Shown one piece after another: positions 8,698 to 16,354 of a stretch of DNA of 64,000 nt. A model generated the notes under the pieces. The model was not told the DNA's origin and ran no database searches. It was given only the letters and a program-made list of their open reading frames with translations. Position 1 is the first letter of the stretch; every line of letters starts with the position of its first letter. The DNA lies in the NCBI GenBank assembly GCA_963800865.1, contig CAWDCL010000004.1, positions 1,821,800 to 1,885,799 on the forward strand. The letters are read 5' to 3'. This DNA comes from an uncultured Acidobacteriota bacterium (GTDB taxonomy: Bacteria > Acidobacteriota > Polarisedimenticolia > J045). The translations under genes and the position numbers were made by a program.

Positions 8698-9718
8698 CTA
8701 GTGCTGCGCCGCCGCCCGCCGGAGCCGGTCGTTGATCGCGTGCCCGAGTCCTTCCTCGGAGGGGAAGGGCTCGGCGATGATCGCGTCGAGCCCGGCCTCG
8801 TCCAGCTCGCGCAGCGCGCCGAAAAGGTGCCGCGCCGCCTCGACCGGGTCGGTGCCGAGGACCTCGACCGCCGCCGCCCCGGCCGGAACCGCGCCGCCGA
8901 AGAGCAGCACGCCGAAACGGCCGTCGCGCGCCGCCATCCAGGGCCGCGGCTCGAGCAGGACGGGCGTCCGTGGCGCGTAGTGGCTCTCGAGCTGTCCCGG
9001 AGCCGTGACCGGTCCGACCGACCGGCGCTCGCCGAGAGGGCCGCCCAGCACCGCCTCGAGCTCTTCGCGCCCGAGCCCGCCGGGCCGCAGCACGGTTGCA
9101 TTTCCCGAAGGATCGATCGCCACGACCGTCGACTCGAGCCCGACCTCGCACGGCCCGCCGTCCAGCACGAGTCCGATCCGGTCGCCCAGCTCGGCGGCGA
9201 CGTCCTCGGCCCGGGTCGGACTGATCCGGCCGAAGCGGTTCGCGCTGGGCGCGGCCAGCGGGACGCCGACCGCGGCGATCAGCGCCTGCGCCACCGCGTG
9301 CCGCGGCGCGCGCACGGCGACCGTCATCAGGCCCGCGGTCACGATGTCCGGGACGCGCGGCGCCTTCGGCAGCACGACCGTCAGCGGCCCAGGCCAGAAG
9401 GCGGCGAAGAGCGCGTCCGCCGCGCGGCACGCGTCGTCGCCCAGGGCCGCCGCGTCGACCAGCCCGAGCGCCGCCAGCGCCTCGACGGAGCGCGCAGCGT
9501 CCAGTCACGTGCACGATCAGCGGGTCGAAGCGCGGCCGATCCTTGACCGCGAAGACCCGCGCCACCGCCCGCTCGTCGAAACAGCACGCGGCCAGCCCGT
9601 AGACCGTCTCGGTCGGCATCCCGACCGGCTCGCCGCGCCGCAACGCTTCGACCGCGAGGCGGATCGCCTCGGGGGTCGGCGCCAGGATCCGCGCGCGCGC
9701 GCCGGGCCCGCGGTCCAC
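8698..9718 (-). pseudogene. tsaC: L-threonylcarbamoyladenylate synthase (Sua5/TsaC/YrdC family) gene interrupted by a frameshift near 9505
   Basis: The N-terminal YrdC motif (MPTETVYGLAA...DRPRFDPLIVHV) is in one frame (9507..9718; possible GTG start at 9718, 14 nt after the aspA stop). The continuation (LDAARSVEALAALGLVD...AFWPGPLTVVLPKAPRVPDIVTAGL...SANRFGRISPT... plus the Sua5 C-domain) is in the frame shifted by +1, with an in-frame TGA at the junction (CACGTGACTGG). Confidence 0.8.
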
Positions 9719-9729
9719 GCTCGGGCCGC

Positions 9730-11607
9730 TCAGCGCGCGCCGTCGCGCGGCAGCATCGGCCGCGGGCGGGTCATCGCCTCGGGGCTGAGCAGCTCGTCCA
9801 GCTCCCGCTCCGCGATGTAGCCGCGCGCCAGCACCAGGTCGCGCACCGGCGTCCCGGTCAGCAGCGCGTCGCGCGCGATCTCGCTGGCCCGCTCGTAGCC
9901 GAGCGCCGGGACCAGCGCGGTCACGATCCCGATCGAGTGCTCGACCATCGCCCGGGTGCGCTCGGGGTGGGCCTTGATCCCGCGCAGGCACAGCCGCTCG
10001 AGGGTGTCGATGGCCGAGGTCAGCATCTCCATCGACTGCAGCAGGTTGTAGGCGATGATCGGCTCCATCACGTTGAGCTGGAGCTGCCCGGCCTCCGCTG
10101 CGAGCGTGATCGCGAGGTCGTTCCCGATCACCTGGAAGGCGACCTGGTTGACGACCTCCGGGATCACCGGGTTGACCTTCCCCGGCATGATCGACGAGCC
10201 GGGCTGGACCGCCGGCAGCTCGATCTCGGAGAGGCCGCAGCGCGGCCCGGACGAGAGCAGGCGCAGGTCGTTGCACATCTTGGAGAGCTTGACCGCGACC
10301 CGCTTGATCACCCCCGAGAAGAGCACGAAGGCCCCGGTGTCGGGGGTGGCCTCGACGAGGTTCTCGGCCCGCACCAGGTCGAGCCCGGAGATCTTCCGCA
10401 GCTCTTCGATCGCGAGCTGCGGGTAGCGCGGGTCGGCGTTGATCCCGGTCCCGATCGCGGTCCCGCCGAGGTTCAGCTCGAGGAACAGCCGGACCGCCTC
10501 GCGCAGCCGCGCGATGTCCTCGCCGGTCGTGACCGCGAAGGCCCGGAACTCCTGGCCGAGCGTCATCGGCACCGCGTCCTGGAGCTGGGTGCGGCCCATC
10601 TTCAGCACGGTCCCGAACTCGTCCGCCTTGGCGTCGAGCGTGTCCTTCAGCCGCTCCAGCGCGGCCACCAGCCCGCGCAGCGTGAACTGCGTGGCCAGCC
10701 GCAGCGCGGTCGGGTAGACGTCGTTGGTCGACTGCGAGAGGTTGACATGGTTGTTGGGGTGGCAGCCCGCGTACTCGCCGCGCGCCTGCCCGAGCAGCTC
10801 CAGCGCGCGGTTGGCGATCACTTCGTTGGCGTTCATGTTGGTCGAGGTCCCGGCCCCGCCCTGGACCATGTCGACGACGAAGTGGCCGTGGAAGTGGCCG
10901 TCGACGATCTCCTGGCTGGCGCGGTCGATCGCCGCCGCGACCTCGGGGGAGAGCAGGCCCAGCTTGCGGTTCGCCCGCGCGGCGGCCTGCTTGACCATGG
11001 CCATCGAGCGCACCAGCGCCGGGAAGTGCGACAGCCGGATCCCGGTGATCGGGAAGTTCTCGACCGCGCGCAGCGTCTGGATCCCGTAGAGCGCGTCCTG
11101 CGGGACGTCACGCTCGCCGAGCAGGTCGTGCTCGCGGCGCGTGCCGCCGGAGGCGTAGGCCTTGGCGAGCCCGACCTCGCGCGAGCTGGCGTAGGTCAGG
11201 CGGCGCGTCATCAGCCGGCCGATCCGCCCCAGGACCTCCCACGCCGCCGCGCCGTCCTCGGCCAGCGCGGTGCGCAGCGCCTCGCGCGTCAGCTCGACGA
11301 GCGCGACCCGGCCCAGCGCGCGGGCGGAGGCCGAGTGCGGCGCGTCCGAGAACATCGCCCCCTCGCCCAGCGCCTCCCCTTCGCCCATCACGATCAGCGG
11401 CTCGACGTTGCCGTGGTGCTCGCGGAAGACCTCGAGCTGGCCGTCGGCGATCAGGTAGAGCGCCTCGCGCGGCGTTCCCTGGTGGAAGAGGATCTCGCCC
11501 GGCACGAGCGCGCGGTGCCGGGCGGCCGGCGCGAGCCGGGCCAGGATCTCCTCGGGGAGGTCCTTGAATTGCGGGAACCCGCGCAGGCGGGAGAGGATGT
11601 CGTCCAT
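9730..11607 (-). CDS. aspA: Aspartate ammonia-lyase (aspartase/fumarase class II family) with an N-terminal ~150-aa cyclic-nucleotide-binding domain fusion
   Basis: The C-terminal ~470 aa has the GSSIMPGKVNP signature loop and HFVVDMVQGGAGTSTNMNANEVIANRALELLG, which is aspartase-like. The N-terminal domain (MDDILSRLRGFPQFKDLPEEIL...GEGEALGEGAMF...SASARALGRVALVELTREAL) matches the cNMP-binding fold. 625 aa, compared with ~470 for typical AspA. Confidence 0.8.
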   Translation of the reverse strand: MDDILSRLRGFPQFKDLPEEILARLAPAARHRALVPGEILFHQGTPREALYLIADGQLEVFREHHGNVEPLIVMGEGEALGEGAMFSDAPHSASARALGRVALVELTREALRTALAEDGAAAWEVLGRIGRLMTRRLTYASSREVGLAKAYASGGTRREHDLLGERDVPQDALYGIQTLRAVENFPITGIRLSHFPALVRSMAMVKQAAARANRKLGLLSPEVAAAIDRASQEIVDGHFHGHFVVDMVQGGAGTSTNMNANEVIANRALELLGQARGEYAGCHPNNHVNLSQSTNDVYPTALRLATQFTLRGLVAALERLKDTLDAKADEFGTVLKMGRTQLQDAVPMTLGQEFRAFAVTTGEDIARLREAVRLFLELNLGGTAIGTGINADPRYPQLAIEELRKISGLDLVRAENLVEATPDTGAFVLFSGVIKRVAVKLSKMCNDLRLLSSGPRCGLSEIELPAVQPGSSIMPGKVNPVIPEVVNQVAFQVIGNDLAITLAAEAGQLQLNVMEPIIAYNLLQSMEMLTSAIDTLERLCLRGIKAHPERTRAMVEHSIGIVTALVPALGYERASEIARDALLTGTPVRDLVLARGYIAERELDELLSPEAMTRPRPMLPRDGAR

Positions 11608-11676
11608 GAGGGCCTCGGGCCGGCGGGCTGTCGCCGGGCGGCGATTCTAGACTCGGGGACTGGAAAGGGGACACTC

Positions 11677-12882
11677 GTGCGGTTCCTTTACGAGCGCGAG
11701 CCGGCCCTGCGCGAGTGCGAGGCCGAGGTCGTCGAGACCGGTGAGACCGGGGGGCGCCCCTTCGCCGTGCTGTCGGACACGATCTTCTACCCCGAAGGGG
11801 GCGGGCAGCCGGCCGACCGCGGGACGCTGGCCGGGGTCCCGGTGCTCGACGTCCAGCGCGTCGGGGAGGCGATCCGTCACATGCTCGAGCGCCCGGTGGC
11901 TCCCGGCCCGGCGCGGCTGGTGCTCGACTGGGCCCGGCGCTTCGATCACATGCAGCAGCACACCGGGCAGCACCTCCTGAGCGCAATCGCCGAGGACCGC
12001 TTCGGCTGGCGCACGACGGCGTTCCACCTCGGGCCGGCCGTCTCCGATGTCGAGCTCGACGTCGCCGCGCTCGCAGCGGGCTCCCGGGAGGCGCTCGAGG
12101 AGGCGGTCGCGGCCGCGATCCGCGCGGCCCGGCCGGTCCGGGCGCTGCGTCTCTCCCGCGAGGACTTCGACAGGCTCCCCTCCGTGCGCACGCGCGGGCT
12201 GCCCGAGGGGCACGCCGGCGACGTGCGGCTGGTCGAGATCGAGGGGATCGACCTCAACACCTGCGGCGGGACGCACCTGGCGAGCACCGCCGAGATCGAG
12301 TCGCTGGCGCTTCTGGCGACCGAGCCGATGCGCGGCGGGACACGCGTCCATTTCGTCGCCGGGGGTCGGCTGCGCCGCCGGCTCGGGTCGCACGAGGAGC
12401 GCAATGCGCGGCTGCGGGGGCTGCTCGGTGCCCCGGAGGATGCGTTCGCGGCAACGCTCGAGGCGAAGCTCGAGCAACTGCACGGCGCCGAGCGGCGCGT
12501 GCGGCACCTCGAGCAGGAGCTGGCCGAGGCGGCGGCGACGGCGCTCGCGGCGGCGGCGGCGGTGGCCGGAGAGCGGGTGGCGGCGGCGCACTTCGGCGAG
12601 CGTGACGCGGCTTTTCTCGGCGCCGTCGCGCGCGCGCTGTCGCAGGCGCCCGGCGCGACGGTCGTGCTGCTCACCGCCGGCCCCGGGCCGACCGGCCCCT
12701 TCGTGCTCGCCGCCGGCGCCGATTTCGCGGGCGACCTTCCTGCCCTGGGCCGGCTCGTCGCGGAAGGGCTCGCCGGTCGCGGCGGCGGCAGCGGGCGGAT
12801 CTTCCAGGGGAAGGCGGAGCGGATCGACCGGCGCGATGCCGTGCGCGCGGCACTGCTCCGGGCGCCGGGTGGCGCGCCGTGA
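11677..12882 (+). CDS. alaX: Alanyl-tRNA editing protein AlaX-L-like (AlaRS second-additional/editing domain with HxxxH...CxxxH zinc motifs)
   Basis: The GTG start at 11677 is preceded by GGAAAGGGG. The HTGQHLLSA and CGGTHL motifs are characteristic of the AlaRS/ThrRS editing (SAD) domain. It is ~400 aa. The rest of the 981-aa track ORF is an artefact. Confidence 0.7.
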   Translation: MRFLYEREPALRECEAEVVETGETGGRPFAVLSDTIFYPEGGGQPADRGTLAGVPVLDVQRVGEAIRHMLERPVAPGPARLVLDWARRFDHMQQHTGQHLLSAIAEDRFGWRTTAFHLGPAVSDVELDVAALAAGSREALEEAVAAAIRAARPVRALRLSREDFDRLPSVRTRGLPEGHAGDVRLVEIEGIDLNTCGGTHLASTAEIESLALLATEPMRGGTRVHFVAGGRLRRRLGSHEERNARLRGLLGAPEDAFAATLEAKLEQLHGAERRVRHLEQELAEAAATALAAAAAVAGERVAAAHFGERDAAFLGAVARALSQAPGATVVLLTAGPGPTGPFVLAAGADFAGDLPALGRLVAEGLAGRGGGSGRIFQGKAERIDRRDAVRAALLRAPGGAP

Positions 12883-13583
12883 GCGCGCCGCACCTGCTGA
12901 TCGTCGATCCCGCGGTGGAGGAACCCGAAGTGCACGGCGAGCAGGAGGTCGGGCGCGGCTGGCCCGGGCCGGTCACGATCCTGCGGCCGGCGCTCGAGCC
13001 GGCGCGCGGTCCCGGGCCCGGCTCGGCCTGCGACGCCGATGCGGTGGTGATCATGGGTTCGGCGGCCTCGGTCCACGACGCGCCGGGCTCCCGGCCGTGG
13101 CTGGGGCCGCTCGCGGAGTGGCTCGACCGGTTGCTCGCTCCGGAGGGGCCGCGCCTGCCGCTGCTCGGGATCTGCTTCGGGCACCAGCTCATCGCCCACC
13201 GCGCGGGTGGCTCGATCGGGTTCCGGATCGACGCCGCGGCGCCGCCGCTGCGCGCGATCGTGCCGACGCAGCTCTCCGGCTGCCGTCTCCTGCCGGGCGA
13301 GCAGGCGCTGACGGTGGTCGCCAGTCACCGCGAGGTCGTGACCCGGCCGCCCCCGGGCTGGGAAGTGGTCGGGCGCCGGCCGGACGGGACGCTCGACGCG
13401 CTGCAGCACCCGCGGCTCCCGTTCTTCGCGGTGCAGTTCCATCCCGAGGCGGGTCCCGGCTTCCTCGCGCGCCGCGGGATCGTGCCGGGCGGTGAGGCCC
13501 CGGACGACGCGGCCGCCTTCGCCGACGGCGCCCGGCTGCTCGAGGCCTTCCGCCGTCACGCGCTGGCGGCGCGATATCCTTAG
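12879..13583 (+). CDS. Class I glutamine amidotransferase-like protein
   Basis: The GICFGHQ nucleophile-elbow motif and QFHPE are present. The GTG start overlaps the alaX stop (GTGA). Confidence 0.7.
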   Translation: MSAPHLLIVDPAVEEPEVHGEQEVGRGWPGPVTILRPALEPARGPGPGSACDADAVVIMGSAASVHDAPGSRPWLGPLAEWLDRLLAPEGPRLPLLGICFGHQLIAHRAGGSIGFRIDAAAPPLRAIVPTQLSGCRLLPGEQALTVVASHREVVTRPPPGWEVVGRRPDGTLDALQHPRLPFFAVQFHPEAGPGFLARRGIVPGGEAPDDAAAFADGARLLEAFRRHALAARYP

Positions 13584-13590
13584 CGACGCG

Positions 13591-14514
13591 ATGGAACGCG
13601 CCCGGAAGCTGAAGCTCGAGGATCGCGCCGCGGTGGCGGTCCTGCGCGCCGCGGGGGCGCTCCCCTTGCCGCTTGCCGGCCGGATCGGCGCCGCGGCGGG
13701 ACGCCTGCTCGCGCTGGCGCGGGGGAGCCGCCGTGTTCGCGTGGCGCAGCTCAACGTCGATCTCTGCTTTCCGGACCGCCCGGAGCAGTGGCGTCGCGAG
13801 ATCGTGACGAGGAGCCTCGTCCACGACGGCCGCGCGGCGATGGAGGCGGCGATCGCCTGGACCCGCGAGCCGGGCGCGCTGGCGCGCTACTTCCACCCCA
13901 CGACCGGGGAGGAGGTCTTCACCGGAACGCTCGCTTCCGGCCGCGGCGTGCTGTTGCTGGTGCCGCACATGGGCTCGTGGGAGGTCGTCAACCACTACGT
14001 GACCGCGCGCACGCCGATCACGATCATGTACCTCCCGAACGAGCGCCCCGGCCTCGACGCGCTGATCTACGGCGGCCGCAACCGGCTCGGGGCGACGATG
14101 GTCCCGGCCAACGAGCAGGGGGTCCGCGCCGTGCTCCGGACGCTGCGCGCGGGGGGCGTCTCGGCGATCCTCCCCGACCAGGTCCCGGACCCGTCGGGCG
14201 GTGTCTTCGCCCCCTTCTTCGGGCACACCACGCTGACGGCGACGCTGGCCTCGAAGCTGGTGCGGGTCTCGAAGGCGGCGGCGATGACCATCGTCTGCCT
14301 GCGCGACGAGAACCGCCCGGGGTTCCGGACCGTCTTCCAGTCCGCCGACTCCCTGGTCTACGACGACGACCTCGTCGCTTCGGTAACCGGGATCAACCGC
14401 ACGGTCGAGGCGGCGATCGCGCTCGCTCCGCAGCAGTACCACTGGGCCTATCGCCGATTCAAACGCCCGCCGCCGGGGGAGCGCGACCCCTACGACGGGA
14501 AGCTCGCGCGCTAA
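13591..14514 (+). CDS. Lysophospholipid/lipid A biosynthesis acyltransferase (LpxL/HtrB/MsbB family)
   Basis: ATG at 13591 (MERARKLKLEDRAAVAVLRAAG...). The HMGSWE (HX4E) acyltransferase motif and an overall LpxL-like architecture are present. Confidence 0.7.
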   Translation: MERARKLKLEDRAAVAVLRAAGALPLPLAGRIGAAAGRLLALARGSRRVRVAQLNVDLCFPDRPEQWRREIVTRSLVHDGRAAMEAAIAWTREPGALARYFHPTTGEEVFTGTLASGRGVLLLVPHMGSWEVVNHYVTARTPITIMYLPNERPGLDALIYGGRNRLGATMVPANEQGVRAVLRTLRAGGVSAILPDQVPDPSGGVFAPFFGHTTLTATLASKLVRVSKAAAMTIVCLRDENRPGFRTVFQSADSLVYDDDLVASVTGINRTVEAAIALAPQQYHWAYRRFKRPPPGERDPYDGKLAR

Positions 14515-15264
14515 CGCGAATGGCAGCAGCGCGACGATCCGCGCCGGCGCGCCGCTCCCGCCGCGGATCGGCAGCGGCAGCGCGACGACCAGGAAGCCCC
14601 GCGGCGGCAGCTCGTCGAGTCGCGCCAGGTTCTCGAGGACGACGACGCCCCGCGGCAGGAGCGCGCGGTGCGCCGCGAGGTCGGGCGAGTCGCCTGGGTC
14701 GATCCCCGCGGTGTCGATCCCGACCGCGGCGACGCCCCGCTCGACGGCGAGCCAGCGCGCCGCCTCGCGGTCGAGGCCCGGGAAGGCGAGCGCCGCGGCG
14801 CCGGTCTCCGTGCGATCGGCCGTTCCGAGGTAGCGCAGCGCGTCGGGCCAGCGCGACGACCAGCCGGTGGCGACCAGCACGATCGAGCCCGCTACCAGTG
14901 CGCCGTGCCGCGCCTCCCATTCCTCGAAGACGGCCCGCGTGACGCGGGCCAGCGGGTCGCCGCCGACCGCGCCGCGGGCGTCGACGCACGCCCCCTCGCC
15001 GACCAGCTGCTCGAGCGGCAGCGCCTCGACCGTCAGCCCCCCGGTGACGAAGTGCGCGGGCGCATCGATGTGCGTGCCGAAGTGCTCGGGAGAGGAGAAG
15101 CGGTGCGCGACGAGCCGCGTGCCATCGGTGAGGAACGCCTCCTCCGGCGCCTCGAGCCGGAACGGCGGCTCGCCGGGCCAGGCACAGCCCGCCCCGTCGA
15201 GCGGGTGCGTCAGGTCGATCGCACGGAAGCGGGGCAGGGGGGAGTCGGGCGGCTTCGCGATCAT
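14512..15264 (-). CDS. Cyclase-family protein (kynurenine formamidase/arylformamidase-like). The in-frame stop codon is missing and the 3' end is uncertain.
   Basis: HxGTHxDAPxH metal-binding motif (EHFGTHIDAPAHF). The likely start is ATG 15264 (MIAKPPDSPLPRFRAIDLTHPL). The coding frame runs on without a stop into the antisense of lpxL, while a TAG is available in the adjacent frame at 14511-14513. Confidence 0.55.
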
Positions 15265-15304
15265 CGCCTGCCATCGTAGCGCGGACGGCGTGCATAATGC
15301 GGGC

Positions 15305-16354
15305 ATGCCCACCTATCGCGTGATCGTCGAGTACGAAGGGACGCGCTATCGCGGCTGGCAGGAGCAGGAGAACGCCCGAACCGTCGGCGGCGAGCTGCGG
15401 CGCGCGCTCGCCCGGGCCGCGGGCCCGGTGCTCGACCTGGGCGCGTCGGGACGCACCGACGCCGGCGTGCACGCGCTGGCGCAGGTGGCCCACCTGCGGC
15501 TGGCGCGCTCGATCGACGTCGGCGAGGTGCGGCGCCAGGTGAACGAGCTACTGCCGACGGACATCGAGGTGCTGGCCCTCGAGCTCGCGCCGGAGCGGTT
15601 CCACGCGCGCCACGACGCGCTGCTGCGCAGTTACGTCTACCAGCTGTCGCGGCGCCGCACCGCCTTCGCCAAGCCGTTCGTCTGGTGGGTCAAGCGCCCG
15701 CTCGACACGGAACGCCTGCGGGAGGCCTGGTCGATGCTCGTCGGGCGCCACGACTTCGCCCGCTTCTGCGAGCAGCCGGCATCGCACCCGAGCACGGTCG
15801 TCGTCGTCGAGCGCGCCGAAGTCGCCGAGGACGGCGATCTCGTGCTGCTGCGCCTCGTGGCGTCGCACTTCCTGTGGAAGATGGTGCGGCGCCTGATCGG
15901 GACGGCGGTCGAGGTCGGCAGCGGCGACCTGCCGCCCGACCTGTTCGCGCACATGATCGCGGGCTACGAGTTGCCGGGGACCACGGGCGGGCCGGCGGCG
16001 TGGACGGCACCCCCCTCGGGGCTTTTCCTCGAGCGGGCGATCTACACCGGCGATCCGCCGCTGCCCGCGCTGGCCGCGATCACGCCGGTGACGACGGCGC
16101 CGGCCGGCGCGCCCGTCCTGGCGGTCAGGACAGCGAACCGAGCCGGCTCACGATCTGCTCCCGGAAGAGAGCGTCGCGACGATAGATCCCGTGGCAGCGC
16201 CGGCAGACCGGCTGGGGCTGGCCCCCGAGATGCGGCTGGAGCGTCGCGCGGGAGCGCGCGGCCGCGGGACGGTGCTCCCCGCAAAGGGGGCACAGGAAGG
16301 CCGGGACCGCCGCGGCGGCCTCCCGGCCGGCCTCCCGCGCGTCCGGTTCGTTGA
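15305..16354 (+). CDS. truA: tRNA pseudouridine(38-40) synthase TruA. The C-terminal ~80 aa of the ORF is probably not genuine.
   Basis: MPTYRVIVEYEGTRYRGWQEQ...GRTDAGVHALAQVAHL is the TruA catalytic motif (RTDAGVH). The ORF is 350 aa against ~260 for TruA. Its tail overlaps the 3' end of the convergent 16125..18446 gene by 230 nt. Confidence 0.75.
   Translation: MPTYRVIVEYEGTRYRGWQEQENARTVGGELRRALARAAGPVLDLGASGRTDAGVHALAQVAHLRLARSIDVGEVRRQVNELLPTDIEVLALELAPERFHARHDALLRSYVYQLSRRRTAFAKPFVWWVKRPLDTERLREAWSMLVGRHDFARFCEQPASHPSTVVVVERAEVAEDGDLVLLRLVASHFLWKMVRRLIGTAVEVGSGDLPPDLFAHMIAGYELPGTTGGPAAWTAPPSGLFLERAIYTGDPPLPALAAITPVTTAPAGAPVLAVRTANRAGSRSAPGRERRDDRSRGSAGRPAGAGPRDAAGASRGSARPRDGAPRKGGTGRPGPPRRPPGRPPARPVR

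Noticed and set aside
6353-10276. 1307-aa minus-strand ORF and the overlapping 8053..9546 / 8151..9101 ORFs
   Set aside because: Low-complexity RRRAG-type translation antisense to the TPR-membrane gene. Only the 9507-9718 portion (sua5 N-terminus) is real.
9937-12882. 981-aa plus-strand ORF
   Set aside because: The first 580 codons are antisense to aspA and are junk. The real gene is alaX-like from GTG 11677.
13189-15312. 707-aa minus-strand ORF as a single protein
   Set aside because: Only the N-terminal ~250 aa (cyclase) is protein-like. The remainder is antisense to lpxL and GATase and stays open only because the stop is missing.
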